Part shown: positions 36,091-50,273 of the stretch, piece after piece
Position numbering within the stretch: the first letter of the stretch is position 1
Layout: each line of letters starts with the position of its first letter
Assembly: GCF_001194135.2 (NCBI RefSeq)
Contig: NC_068991.1
Span: 60,853,880-60,917,879 of the forward strand
Length of the DNA stretch: 64,000 bases
From: Octopus bimaculoides
Taxonomy: Eukaryota
Direction: 5' to 3'
Program-made: the position numbers and the translations under genes
Notes under the pieces: model-generated
The model's input: only the letters and a program-made list of their open reading frames with translations
Told to the model about the DNA's origin: nothing
Database searches by the model: none

Positions 36091-36475
36091 GGCATTGCTG
36101 TGTGGTAAGAAGCTTCCTTCCCAACCACATGGTTCTGGGTTCAGTCCCACTGCGTGGCACCTTGGGCAAATGACCTCTACAATAGCCTTGGGCCGACCAA
36201 AGCCTTGTGAGTGGATTTGGTAAACAGAAACTGAAAGAAGCCTGTCGTATATATATGTGTGTGTGTGTGTGTGTCTGTCTGTCTGCTTTTGTCCTCCCAC
36301 CATCACTTGACAACTGATGTTAGTGTGTTTACATCCCTGTAACTTAGTGGTTTGGCAAAAGAAACCGATAGGGTAAGTACTAGAATTACAGAGCATAAGT
36401 GCCAGGGTTGATTTGTTCAACTAAAGGCAGTGCTCTAGCATGGCTGCAGTCAAATGACTGAAACAGATAAAAAGA
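36091..36475 (+). mobile_element. Near full-length family-B tRNA-derived SINE
   Basis: A-box-like GCTGTGTGGT, B-box-like GGTTCAGTCCC, central (TA)/(TG) tract, and tail CAGTCAAATGACTGAAAC. Confidence 0.85.
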
Positions 36476-37429
36476 AAAAATACCTTCATGTGATCTTGCG
36501 GAACAATGAGTTTATTATTTATTATACATTAATATCTGGTGATCAAGCTTATGTCAGTTTTCAGTTGTGATAATACAGAAGAGACTTGCAGCTTTTGGAT
36601 TTCATAGAAGCTGCAAGTTTAATGAAATAACATCGAAATATTGTAGAAAATATCGCTCAGTAATATAATGTGTGTTTGCATGTGTGTGTTTAAATGGAAG
36701 AAAAATAATAAACTTCCATAAAATATACTGTCTTTGTGAATGCAAGTGTGTTTACATAATAGGGAAAAATAATAGACTTTGATAGCTCCACTGTGTTTAA
36801 CGTGACTAAATTATTACCCCACATCAAAAAAGTTTATTTTATTTCAATTCAGGCAATATACAACAGACAATATTCACTCATTCCTGTTTTTCTTTCTTTC
36901 TTTCTTCTTTATTTTTTCAGCTTATTACTACTGTTTATCCTTCTCTTTCTCTCTTAGTCTCTCACACGCATTAGAGATGATGATGATGATGATGATAATA
37001 ATGAGAATAAGCATTAGAATAATAATAATGATGATGATCATAATATTGATAATAATGATGGTGTTAACAATAACAACAACATAGTTGTTACTATTATAAT
37101 TATTGTTGCTGTTATTATTATTAACATCATCATCATCATCATCATCATCAACCACCATCATCATTGTCATTATTAAAGCAAGCAGATCTCATAAATCTGT
37201 TTGCAGCAATAATTCAGACATGGAGTCTGAAGACAGATGATGTTAAAGTGTAAGTTCTCAGGCCACAATATATTTTTAAGATATACCATCATTCTGTTTC
37301 AATCCCTACATGTTATAGCAAACTGTATCATATAAATTTTTAGGTCATGAGATAAATTAGCCATGTTGCTGTTGTTGTTATAATACATACCAGGGTTCCA
37401 TTGCATATAAATCAATGTTTTTTAAATAT

Positions 37430-37842
37430 TCTTTTATGTTTGTACTTGTTTCAATCATTCAACTGCGACCATGCTGGAGCACCACCTTAAAGGGCTTTAT
37501 TTGAAGTAATCAACCCCAGGACATATTCTATGTAAGCCTAATACTAATTCTATTGGTCTCTTTTGCTGAACTGCTAAGTTACAGGGACGTAAATGCACCA
37601 ACATCAGTTGTCAAGCAATGATGAGGTGGGGGAGTCAAACACAGACAAATGACATGCACACACACACACACACATATATATATACATAACAGGCTTATTT
37701 CAGTTTCCATCAACCAAATCCAATCACAGGGCTTTAGTTGGCCTGATGATATAGTAGAAGACACTTGCCCAAGGTGCAACACAGTGGGACTGAACCCAGA
37801 ACCATATGGTTGGGAGGCAAGCTTCTTACCGCAAAGCCATGA
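37430..37842 (-). mobile_element. Near full-length family-B SINE, inverted relative to 36091-36475
   Basis: The reverse complement is collinear with 36091-36475 and 59612-59995. Confidence 0.85.
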
Positions 37843-38375
37843 CATTCCTAAAAAAATGAATTCACAAAATATTTTGTTCTCCTCTCTGTTTCATATTTTA
37901 TTGTTGATTATTTTCTGTTACTTGTTTTAGTTTAGTCCTTCCAACCCTCCAGCCATATAATTTATATTAGACAATGTCTACTTTCGTTTTGAACACATTA
38001 CTCTTTATTTCTTCATTTACGTTTTCTTTACATGACATCATAATAATTTCCTGTTAATCATCCCTCACGGCCATAAATCCCAGATAAATTTTCAATTTGC
38101 TTAACTTCTCTATTTCACACACACACATACACCACCACCACCAACAACAACAATTTCATCCTCGCCACTGCCACCGCTACCACCACCATTGTTTTAGCAG
38201 TCATTTTACAATGCTTGTAAGAGGCCAGATGAGATTCATTGGTGCCAAATTTCCTTTAACTGGATGTCCTTGCTGTCACCAACCCTCTCTTGTTTCTGAG
38301 AAAATTAATAGTGCAAGCAGTTTTGGGGGTGGGGGCAAGTCAATTACATTTGAGATGTAGTTAACACAGACAAAT

Positions 38376-38540
38376 TCACATTTGGAACTTGAGAAAAGTC
38401 TTGCATATTTTTACTGTTCCACTCACAGATTGCACTTGTAATGTACGAATTAGCTGGTCGATTTCTCCTTCTGAAAATCCCAGTTTATCAAGATTCTCTT
38501 TGAAGCATTTACTAAAACCTAGTGCTCCAATTATTATTGG
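38376..38540 (-). mobile_element. 3' end of an RLE-type LINE ORF (a different family from 15330-15556)
   Basis: IPIIIGALGFSKCFKENLDKLGF...LQVQSVSGTVKICKTFLKFQM* resembles the R2-superfamily C-terminal PIIVGALG motif. Confidence 0.55.
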
Positions 38541-39547
38541 TATGTGTGTGTGTTTGTGTGTGTGTGTGTGTATATTTATGTATGTATGCATGCATGTATG
38601 TATGTATGTACGTACAACAGATTATTTCAGTTTCTGCCTACCACATCTTTTCCCAAGACTTTGGTTGACCTGGGGTTATAGCACAAAACAGTTGCCAAAT
38701 GTGCTTTGTAGTAGTACTGAACCTGAAAGCACATGGTTTGGAAGGAAACTTTTTAACCACACAGTCCTTGACTGCTATTCTAAAGTAGGTCTTTAGAACA
38801 GGTTATCAACAACCAGGGTGGTGGGATATTATCTAGATTAAATATATCAATTAAGTCCAAAGAAACATTTGTTTCTTTCCCATCTTGAAATGTGATAGGA
38901 CTTTCTTTCTAACCTAGTATAAGTAAATAAATAAATAAAGCTTGATGTCAGGTATAATTTTCATTCCCAGTTTATTTTGGGCCTATTCCTTACACATGGT
39001 CTACAAAAAGAATCAGTACAGCAGAATAGTGAAAATTATTTGGCTGGACCAGAACAGATGAGGATACAATGAAAGTTAAAACTCTGGTATTCAATTGTGA
39101 GGCATGTTCCACCACTAAATTTAACCCTTTACCATTCAATACTTTGTGTCCATGTACCAAGGTATTTGAAATTTCCAACTACCCTCAGCGACTTACCATC
39201 TCTCACTTTCACTGATACAGGCATTTCGTGGTTGAATACTTGCAGCTGTTTTCTTTGCGTTACAGTACAATCCTACCTTCCCCTGATTCCTGCTCTAATC
39301 TGCTCAGTACCTCTTATACCTGATCTGTCTTCTCTGTTAGTAATGCCAAGAACTATATATATGACTTCCCAAATGGGAGATACCTTTGTCTCCCAATTCT
39401 TGTTTTATGGGTTGGGGTATCAAAGAATATTAACAATATGATACATGATCCAGATTTAGTGACTTTCAAAACTGTCAGTAATAACCTGCAAAACAACAAA
39501 GAAAGCAAGACTTCCCAGAAACAGGGTGCTACCTTTGACTCACCCTG

Positions 39548-39620
<73 letters not shown>

Positions 39621-41609
39621 TTGTCATCTCTGCCACTTGACAACTGGTGTTGGCTTGTTTACAACCCTGTAACTTAACAGCTTTGCAAAGGAGACCAATA
39701 AAATAGTAAGTATCAGACTCAAAAAAATAAAACAAATGCTGGGGTTGATTTCTGTGACTAACAACTCCACCCCACAAAGCCAGTGTCCCCCACCCTCCGT
39801 GGCATGGCCAAAGTTTGATAACCAAAACAAGTAAAAGATAAAAAAAGAAAATATATTTCATAAAAAACAAACAAACTATATGATGTACAAAAGCTGGATT
39901 ATTAAATACAATCATGAGATCAAATCCTGTTGGAACCATTATGATGGGATATCTTTCGAGATAAGACAATTACTCTTCATGCTTCAGATCTCATTCCTAG
40001 TTTAAGCATGAATGGTTAGCAATAGGAGAAGGCATCCACCCAACTGTAAAAATGCTTCTTCTCACTCTTCATATACAAATGTCTAAACTTATAAATAAAG
40101 CTACTCGCCCACCAACCCATGCTGGCTTATTAAACAAAACAGATGTAATGAATGGTTGGATTACTGCATTTGCTAAAGTGTGCATATGCATGCAACTGCA
40201 CACAGTGACAGAGTAAGAGTTTGAACTGCTTGCTTCGCTAGTATGCATGCAAATTCTATTTAAACACCCAAATGGCCACATGCTCACGTCCATGTTTATC
40301 TGGATGGAATTCACCATTACATAACACACATACACACACACACACACACAGTCTCTCACACACATAGAGAGAAATGTTTTTCTTCTGGATGACTTCTCTA
40401 AACACACTCATGCACTGTTTCACACACACACACAACTGTTATATTCTGGATTATTTCTCTCTCTCTCACTGTCTCTCTTATACACATAGTCTCTCTCCCA
40501 CCCCCAAACAGTCTCTCTCTTTCTCTCTCACACACACACACACTGTCAAACACACACGTACACCATTTTTATTCTGGGTGACTTCTCTCTCTCTCTTCAC
40601 TGCCTCTCTCTTTCTCCCCCTCTCTCTCTCGCACACATACACACAATGTCTCTCTCTCTCTCTCACACACACAAACACAAAGTCTCTCTCCCCCACACAG
40701 TGTCTCCTTCTCTCTCTCTCACACACACACATACATACATAGAGTTACACACAAACATAGAACTGTTTTTATTCTGATTGACTTCTCTCTCTCTCTCTCT
40801 CAAAACACACACACGCACTGTCACACACAACATGTCATGAATGCTTCACTGAATAAACAATTGTCAAAGCAAGTGTGCCATCACCACAGCCAACACCACC
40901 ACCATAATGTCTCACAGTTGTTGGTTGTCTCTCTTCAACACACACACAGAGTTAAATGTAGCTCAACAAACGCCCAGCCTCCATCACGAGCAATAATTAC
41001 TTATCATATCACCAATCTCCAATACTAAGTTATTCTAATTATAACAATCACAAGATGACTACAACCACAACAACAACAATAGTTTTGCCTTTCTCCTTCT
41101 TTGTCTCTTGTCTTCTTATATTTCCTGACAAGAATAGTTCAATTAAATTCCAGCAATTTTTTTGTTTGTTTGTTTGCCTGAAATTTTTTTAAAATTTCTA
41201 TTTTACTATTTTAAAAAATTCTATTAAAAAAATTTTTTTTTTACTCTGTCTTTTACACCTTCCATTTGTGAATATGTGTGTGTGTGTGCATATATATATA
41301 TATAGATAGATAGAAAGATAGATAGATTGATAGATAGATAGATAGATAGATNNNNNNNNNNNNNNNNNNNNNNNNNNNNNNNNNNNNNNNNNNNNNNNNN
41401 NNNNNNNNNNNNNNNNNNNNNNNNNNNNNNNNNNNNNNNNNNNNNNNNNNNNNNNNNNNNNNNNNNNNNNNNNNNNNNNNNNNNNNNNNNNNNNNNNNNN
41501 NNNNNNNNNNNNNNNNNNNNNNNNNNNNNNNNNNNNNNNNNNNNNNNNNNNNNNNNNNNNNNNNNNNNNNNNNNNNNNNNNNNNNNNNNNNNNNNNNNNN
41601 NNNNNNNNN

Positions 41610-41660
<51 letters not shown>

Positions 41661-42727
41661 TACATATACATTACATTTACATATATATATATATATATTT
41701 ATATTTATATTTATAATCTGGATTAGCACAGAGCATAGCACATTATTTTCACTACATCTCAAAGACTTGTTCAAAATAAGTCTTTTGTTTGATTCGCTTC
41801 TAAAAGGAAACTATTTTAAGCTGGTAAGTTAAGTGGATAGAACGTTTCAGAGATGAAGAGGAAACGGTAATGAATGAAAAACTGGTGCCAGTTGAAAGAT
41901 TTCCACAGAGATCACTAGACCAAACAACAGACTTTCTCTCTCAATAAACTTCACATATACTAATGCTACTCTCATAATATTTTTGCTGAAGAATACTGCG
42001 AAGTTCCACTTTCAAACAAGTTATTGATTTCTGGTTGAAAATAATCATTAAGCAGAAATACAAAACAAAATCTGCAATGTAAACATCAATAATTTTTTTT
42101 TTTCATTATAAAAGTAAAAATTCAAAACCAATTCATCTTTTTTTTTCCATTTTTCTTTTCTTAAAAAGTTTTTCTTTAAACCGTTTTGAAAAACCATATT
42201 ATTCGCTTCAGTGGAAATTTCTGAGAATATGGTAAGGTAATGAAATATGTACTGCTGTAGAAGAATACATTTAAGAACTTTCTGGAAATGCCAACATTTT
42301 ATTCAGTTGGTGTATAGAACTGAATGGGAACTGAGAACAATAGTTTCCCTCCCCCCACTACACACACCCCGCCAGTCGAATGGACTCTGTTGGTCAAGTG
42401 GTCAGGTAAGTGAGTACATAAAATATTATTTAATGTGATAATGAGGAAGAGGAAACTTTGATAAAACAGATGATAACAATCTTGTTATGATGACAGGACT
42501 ACAATAGTTTGGCTGGGTGACTGACAGACTGGAACAAACTTTATGGCTCTGTTACAATAGGAACACATGGTGATGGAGGGGACAAGGGACAGGTTGGGAA
42601 AGGGTGGAATAAGGAGGAAGTTTTAATACAAATGTGTCAGCCAAACAGTATGATGCAAAGATGAAGAAGTTAGAAAGTCAAAACCAGAAAGCTGAAGATA
42701 TAAAGAAGGCAAAGCGAGGGAGAAGGT

Positions 42728-42858
42728 GAAGGTGTAGATGGTAAAGCAGGAAGAATGGCGAAGGTGTAGATGGTAAAGCAAGGAGAGAATGGCAGAGGTG
42801 CAGATGGTAAAGCAAGGAGAGAATGGCAGAGGCGTAGATGGTAAAGCAGGCAGAAAGG
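42728..42858. repeat. 32-34-bp tandem repeat, 4 copies
   Basis: GAAGGTGTAGATGGTAAAGCA(A)GGA(G)AGAATGGC units. Confidence 0.85.
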
Positions 42859-43998
42859 TGAAGAAGATCAAATATGTTAACAAAAGACTTCGACGTAGTC
42901 CAGACTCTTCTAACTCATCACTGCAGCAATATTGTATGGTGATTTGTTGAAGAAAGGCCCTATTCACACGTCCATTTACTTAACTTCAATAAATATGTTA
43001 GCTACAGTTATCTACTTCAGATTTTATTCACTGAATTATTTTTCACACAAACATCACTTGTATTCATAATACAAACTTCCATTTAGAAATTCAGTACTTG
43101 AAATTTGTTTGCTGTACTAGTAATGCGATGGGTGGTGGTGATATGATGTGACAGTGGTGTTACAGTAGAAATTGTATGTGGTGGTGGTAGTGTTGGTCTT
43201 ATGGCAGCAACTGTATGGTGTGATGGTTGTAAGTAGATATGGTGGTAGCTGTTATACGGTAGTGATTGCATGAGGTGGTGGTTGTTTTCATCATCATCAT
43301 TGTCACCATTTTTAATGTCCGCTTTTCTGTGCCTGAGGTGGAATTTTTTCGTATGGCCAGATACCCTTCCTGTCATCAACCATCACCTGTTTCCAAGCAA
43401 GGTAATATTTTCCCATATATATATTTACAGACAGACATGTTGCCATGGATGTCTGGACACAAAAAAACATCCAGCTGTAGAAAATTCTCTGCAACAAAGT
43501 CTGACTGATCCATGCAAGCATGGAATATTGGATGTTAAAATGATGTTGATAATGAAACAATGATAAGTGTGGCTGATACTGAACAGTGCTAAATTGCTGC
43601 TACGGCCCTATTTATCGATACGTCAGTAATACTCCTTGTTAGCATTTAGAATATATATCAATATTATCATTTATGATCTAAATACATTTGACATTTATCT
43701 AAAATATCATTTGTTTGTTTACTTGTTTCGATCTTTTCTGTTTTTCACTTTTTTTGATTTCTTGTTTTCCTAACTGCTGTAGAAAATATCAATTTTAAAT
43801 TCCATTGTTTCTTGTCAAATGTCTTGGTAAGTTAGTTTTTCTTGTATTATCAACGAAAATTGATAATAAGCCGAGGTTGACTAGTTCAGCAAATATATTG
43901 TTTTACATTGTACTGCTGCCTATTGAACTGTGAAGCAATAGTGATGTCTGGTTGGTGAACGTAATGATGGAAGTAACAAAATATATCTTAAGGAAAGT

Positions 43999-44375
43999 AT
44001 AAATCACTGCTTACAAGAACATTTGAAACCAAAGTAGCAGTTTAACACCTTAATTTAGATTAGTTAAACCAATGAAGGAGTCACTATATGTTGGTTCAAT
44101 CTTCAAGAAATAGCAATCACCTCACCCTCAAATCAGAACAAAATATATCAATGAATGTACAGAATAAATCAATGCTAACAGGAATAACAGGAACATTTGA
44201 AACCACAGCCTAGTAGTTTAGCATCTTAACTTAGACAAACCAATATAGGAACTTCTATGTGTTGACTCAATCTTCAAGAAATAGCAATCAAATCTCCCTC
44301 AAATGACAAAATATTTCTTAACAAAAGTATAATATAAATTATTGCTTACAGGAACAGTTGAAATGACAGCTTGCT
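43999..44375. repeat. Diverged ~165-bp tandem duplication (~2.3 units)
   Basis: Shared blocks GAACATTTGAAACC, AAACCAAT and TCAATCTTCAAGAAATAGCAATCA at a period of ~165-170 bp. Confidence 0.75.
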
Positions 44376-44546
44376 TACTCAGCTGTCAAAAAATAGCAGT
44401 CAAACCTCTAATGGCAACCACCTTCAATCATGTTGTATGCGTCAGATTTGTATTTTATCTTTTACTTGAGCAAGTTATAACATACAACTTGTCTCAAGAG
44501 AACATGGGCCATTTCCATGTCTATGCTAAGGGTGGAACATATCAGT

Positions 44547-44774
44547 TTAACCCTTAAAATTCAGATTATTCTGTCAGATTGTAAAGCTTATTGATTCACA
44601 TTATTTCTAATTAACCAGGGATTATCTCATAACGTTGAAATTTCAATGATGTGATTGTTAGTTTTTAAAATGATATTGTAGGGTAGGTGTGACAGCCCAG
44701 ATCTGGCCAGTTTGAACATGAAACATTTTGGATATTTGGGCCAGATATGGTTTGTTTAAATGTTAAAGAGCTAA
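44547..44774. mobile_element. piggyBac-like MITE copy
   Basis: TTAACCCTT start and degenerate TTAAAGAGCTAA end. The body matches 563-1217 and 55414-55634. Confidence 0.7.
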
Positions 44775-44845
44775 AATCAATAGTCTGACCAATCTCCTAC
44801 AAGAACAATGCATTTCTAATAGTTTAGTAGAAAGATTTTTGTTAC

Positions 44846-45018
44846 CTGTTCAGCTAGCATCAACCACAATAACTGGTGAGTTATGGAATATTCCATCAAA
44901 CCTCGACAGGTCATTATCTGGGCACATTTGTTGCTGATAGAACATCGAGGATGTTCACTGGAACCGATTAATTCTTGCATGCAGTTATCACTTGTATTTT
45001 CTTCAATTTCTCCATACA
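44846..45018 (-). CDS. C16orf89: C16orf89-family coding exon (173 nt, phase 1-0)
   Basis: Acceptor tctttttcag|TG and donor CAG|gtaaca. Translates YGEIEENTSDNCMQELIGSSEHPRCSISNKCAQIMTCRGLMEYSITHQLLWLMLAEQ, matching the recalled family pattern SEERSDVCL..L.G....PC..S..C..LMT..G..GY.LSHQLL. Confidence 0.92.
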
Positions 45019-45792
45019 CTGAAAAAGAAGCCATTTCAAGAAATTAGAAACAAGTTTCAACAGTAATCCACAGAGAGAAATGTTTACCTAACTGGGTAGG
45101 TGAATAATTATGAATACTGGTAGACTGTTACAGTCATTAAACCTTCCTGTTGGATTCCCAAGCATGGCCAACCGAGACTATGGATCTTATCCAATCACCT
45201 TGTTTTTGGTCTGATAGGACCCTATGGAGGATGTGCCTACACAACCCTGTCAGAAATAGGGGGCAGAAAAAAATGGATCAATGAAATGCTGAATGGATAA
45301 ATTGCTGCAATTTATTGCAATCTGACGACCAGAACTTTATGCTGCATCAAGAAATTATGGTTCTTTGAGTATAAAAAAAAAAAAAATGACAAGTGATGTG
45401 ATTGAGTCTGGAAGTCATCAAGTAAAGAACCAGACAATATGCAAAGTAAAAGAACCAACAACTGCATAAATGAATTATGAATTGGAAGCCCGAAATCCCA
45501 AACTAGACAGTAGTACAATGGCAAAAAAAAAAAAAAAAAAAAAAGAACTGTGGTGGGGACACAAAAAAAAAAGAAACAAAAAAACTCAAGAAAGCATAGG
45601 TCAATTTATTTAACTAAGCAATGTAATTATGTTTCCTTTTTCTGTCTTTTTGTATTTTGAAACAGTGGCAGGAAATTCATGAAATAAATGTTGAAAGTAA
45701 GAAATGCTTGTTACAGACATTTCATCATTTATCAATTCCTACTAAATATTCTTTCCTTTTACCAATTTTTTTTACTTATGTCAATTCTCCCA

Positions 45793-45826
<34 letters not shown>

Positions 45827-46428
45827 AGACTGACAATGATTTGGACTGCTCTGAGACTTCTATAAGTTTTAAGGAGAAAGTTACTTTTTCTTTTTTTTCT
45901 GTTTTATAAACATTTTTTTTTCCATGTTAGCATGACTAAGGTGTTTCAAACTAGATACTTACATATTAATAGTTAAAACAAGTTTCTTCTACAAAATATA
46001 TTATTTAAGCTGAAAACAGCAACGGAACAGGCTTTCATAAGAAAAAAAAAGCCAAGAAAAAGAAAAAAATGGCCAGTTAAAGAGATAGACAAAACTGGAA
46101 CCAAGTTTTAATGTTGTATGTTTAATTCCAAATCTTTTCCTATGGCAACTTTTCCTAACCTAAGATTAATTTACCATGTTCATGCAAACATTTGAAGTAA
46201 TTACATTTTTGTGAGGAATAGTCTGCAGGAATAAATTGAACCATGATTGCAACACTAAAGAATCTTCCATCTGAGACTATACTTAAGATACTCGATCTGT
46301 ATTCAATGCCGAACAAAAGAGATACATATCTATGAAATATTGATTTCTTTAATAATAATCATTTCAAGACATGTACTGTATAAAAAAAAAAAGAAAAAAA
46401 TAGAAATCACAATAACAATAACAACAAC

Positions 46429-46615
46429 AATGGTTTCAAATTCTGGCACAAGGCTAGCAATTTTGAGGAGGAGATAAGTTGATTACATTGACTCCAATGT
46501 TCGACTGGTACTTCTTTTATCGATCCTGAAGGAATAAAAGGCAAAGCTGACCTCAGAGGAATTTGAACTTTGCATTTTACCTAGCATGCTAACAATTCTG
46601 TCAGCTTGCTGCCTA

Positions 46616-46651
<36 letters not shown>

Positions 46652-46865
46652 TGGTTTTAAATTTTGCCACAAGGGCAGCAATTTCTGGGAAAAGGGGATA
46701 AGGTAAGTCAATCACATTGACCCCAGTGTTCAACTGGTACTTATTTTATCGATGGATGAAAAGCAAAGTCAGCCTTGGCAGAATTTGAACTCAGAGCATG
46801 GAGACGGATGAAATGCCACTAAGTATTTTGCCCGGCGTGCTAACGGTTCTGCCAGCTCCACACCA
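46429..46865 (-). mobile_element. Two head-to-tail family-A SINEs separated by (TAA)n
   Basis: Copies at ~46429-46614 and ~46650-46865, each with a B-box reverse complement GAATTTGAACT. Confidence 0.8.
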
Positions 46866-48624
46866 CAATAATAATAACAACAACAACAACAACAATAATT
46901 TTTTTTATGAAAAAAATAAACCGAGCATTGTATTCAACAGGAGATCTGTATATATTTTATTTGAAAAGTGCTGCAAAAATTTTGAAGTCGCAAACGTTTT
47001 CTCTTTCTCTCATACAACACAAACAATTTCAACTACAGAGAATCAACCAAATTCCAAAATAGACTCAACAATTATTGATCATGAAGATTGGAAGAAAATT
47101 ATTTGGGGACACCATTCTGATATTCTGAGTCATCATGAACACATTTTGGTCTTATAGGCATAAAGAAAAACCCACTATAAAAATAATTTTGACATTACTG
47201 GTAATTTAAATGGTTTAGTTTTACTCAAGGGGGATAACTATAGCCATTAAGTAGGGGATGACGCACCATACGGAAAAGAATCCAGTTATCTAATAATGAA
47301 GAAAGAATTGGCTAAATAGCAAAACGAATCTTTACATTACGACCTGCAGCCTTTGTAAATATTGGAGAAAAGGATTAGATTTATGAAGAGGAGTTATTAA
47401 TATCGGTGAGCTTATACCCAGTCACCATCAGATGATGTATTCAATGATTTATATTTTTATATCCTTAAGAAAATGGACTAAATAAATGATAGTTGTCAGT
47501 GCAATGATAGCTAAGGGATGGAATATATCAGAAATATCGGAAAGAATATTTAGAAAGCTGTACAGTTGGGAGGGCTGGTATTTACTGAAGGTTGGTAAAT
47601 GAAAATAGAAATGGAACTGTCAGATATGAGTGTTACAATTAATATAGGAAATGTATAGTTTGAGAGATTAGATGAACAAAATAAGTTAAGAGCCAAGCAA
47701 TCAGCTTTCTCCAAAATTGATAAATAAAGAATTATTCAGAGAATCTAACTATGAACTAATATAGTAAAACAATGTTTCGTTTTCTTCCTTTTTCTTTTTG
47801 TTTCCTCCTTTTTCATATTGATTAAAAGAAAATCAAAGCTAACAGCAAATGTAACAACATTTATCAAACAAAATTGTGTCCTGCAGGGAAAGAGCAACAC
47901 AATGCACTCAAACTATCAATGTATAGTGCTGAAAATGTCCCTCCATCTTTAACATTTATCTACACATGATTTTTATCAGTTATATATGTGAATGTAAGGA
48001 ATAATACAGCTAACTAGTCACTTAGCAATGACTACAGATCGATAATAAAGTTCTGGGATTTACTTTGGTTCATATACTCAAATACCAACAGTCAAATATA
48101 ATACTGTGTTGGATGGAATTTATTCATAGATAGCAGGATTTAGTAGTGTAAGGACTTATTTTTCTAATCCCCTGCTACTTCAGTACAGTGTGTGTGTGTA
48201 TATACATAACTGTGTGTCTGTGTATGTATGTGCACATGTGTGTGTATAGGAATATTTCTGTAATGACCTCACAACTATATTTCCAACCACAATTCAGTTC
48301 AACTCTGGTCTTGAGAGCCAGTGGCAAGCAATGCACTGCTTTATCTAAATGTTCATCTGTATTTTCTATCTTCTTTCTTGTCTGTATTAGCAATGTGTTT
48401 CTCTACTTTCTATTCAGGCTTTAGTGTTCATATATGTATCTGGTTATACTTCCATCCAATCCTTCCCCATAACATCATCCCTCTGGAAATTCCTGTATAC
48501 TAATTTTTTTTTCTTTTAAACCATCCAAAACAAACTGTAACTACTTAATTAGTGCTAGTAACGAACCTACAAGAGTGGGTTGGTGCATCAAAATTTTCAC
48601 CTGTCATGAATATTTTCTCTTTGA

Positions 48625-48915
48625 CTGTACAAGTTCCATCAGAACTGGAAAACCTGGTGTTTCCTTTGTCACAAAGAAGCTGCACACTTTGAACTAATCT
48701 GACGTGAGGAACTTGAAGAAAAGAGATGTCAACATCATCATCTCAGACGCACCAACAACATAACGGGCAGCTTCCCTTGTCATCTATGTCCAAGGACATG
48801 CCATTCCAGGATTGCACTGTTTACACATCTATCAACTCACAAAATGTAGAATAAGATTCCTAGAGGACAATATCATCATCAATATTGACAGACAGCTGTA
48901 AGCAAGTAACAAGCG
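48625..48915 (+). mobile_element. RTE (BovB-like) LINE 3' end with C-terminal zinc finger
   Basis: Translates WKTWC...AAHFE...ELEEKR...FPCHLCPRTCHSRIALFTHLSTHKM*, which fits the C2H2-type RTE C-terminus C..C.R.C.SRIGL.SH...H. One internal stop. Confidence 0.7.
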
Positions 48916-49775
48916 CCATTAAATTCTCATTCCACTTTTAGAGAATGGGACCATTGAGGAGTTTATGTTTTGTTGCTGTAATTGTTGTTTTGTCTGTTAT
49001 TGTTGTTGTTATGTCTGTTACTCCTTTGTTGGTGACGACATGACTTTTATTGCTGTTTTATTGTGATTGTTGTTATTGCTGCAGCAGTAATGGTTTTTGT
49101 TGTTGTTGTTGCTGTTATTATGGTTATTGTAGTTGCTCTTGATGTTACAGAGCCTGTCAGCCGACTTCCGTGTTTAACCATGCCATTTTTGATTTTGTTT
49201 GACTCGATGCTGCCAAACCTTTGGGTTTAGGGAGCAAGACTACTGGTTTTGCCAGTTACACACTTCATTTTTGTTTTTGTCAATTGTTTCACTTTTGGCC
49301 TGGATTCAACCTCTTCCATATTTGAGGGGGTTGAAGCATGTGGTGACCCTGTTTATGTTTGTATTTTCCTGGATTTTCACTTGCTCTTGTTGTTGCTGTT
49401 ATCATAGTAATTGGGGTGAAGTGGTGAGAAAGAATCTTCAAATATTGGGCCTCACAGAGGAGATGACAAGGGGCTGAGACTTCTGGCAGCTTTCTCTGCT
49501 TGAGAAGACATGTCAGTCAAAAAAAAATTGTGACCATCCATGCATCCAGGCAGGTGAGATTTGAACTCAGAATGTAGAGAGTGAGAAGATAAACTCTAAA
49601 GCATTTCTGCTAACACACCAATGATTCTCCTACTTTTCCACTCAGAGAAATGTGAAATGATGTGTTTTTCTTAAGAACGCCACATGCTGCCTGAACCAGG
49701 AATCAAACTCATGATTTAGTGATCCTGTGTGCAACATCCTAACCACTAGGCCATATGCCTTTCCATACATACATA

Positions 49776-49995
49776 CAGTGGGGGTGGACTGAAAAGTTCC
49801 TGGCTTTGGGTAAAAGAAAATACAGGAGGATTTGTTAATTATGATTTTATACAACATATCCCTCTCTCAGATTCACACACTTATTGCAGCGGTCCTTCAG
49901 TTTTTCTAAGCCCTGCAAAAACAATTGAAAGGTTGGTCCTCCAATCAGGCTTCTCGTGATACTCTTAAAACTAAGATGTGTTCAGCCCCCCCTCA
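49776..49995. mobile_element. ~215-bp mariner MITE
   Basis: Degenerate TIR GGGGGTGGACTGAAAAGTTCCTGGCT. The minus strand encodes a mariner C-terminus FLQGLEKLKDRCNKCVNLR.GYV.*. Confidence 0.75.
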
Positions 49996-50273
49996 TGTGT
50001 ATATATACATATATGTTTGTGTGGTGTGTGGTGTGTGCGTATGTGTATACATATATATATATACACACATATATATATATATGTATATATATATATGTAT
50101 ANNNNNNNNNNNNNNNNNNNNNNNNNNNNNNNNNNNNNNNNNNNNNNNNNNNNNNNNNNNNNNNNNNNNNNNNNNNNNNNNNNNNNNNNNNNNNNNNNNN
50201 NNNNNNNNNNNNNNNNNNNNNNNNNNNNNNNNNNNNNNNNNNNNNNNNNNNNNNNNNNNNNNNNATATATATA

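Noticed and set aside
47170-47600. Minus-strand translation faintly resembling CR1/Jockey RT motifs or a GPCR helix
   Set aside because: Many stops and only patchy similarity. AT-rich DNA readily gives hydrophobic translations. It needs a tBLASTn or HMM search.
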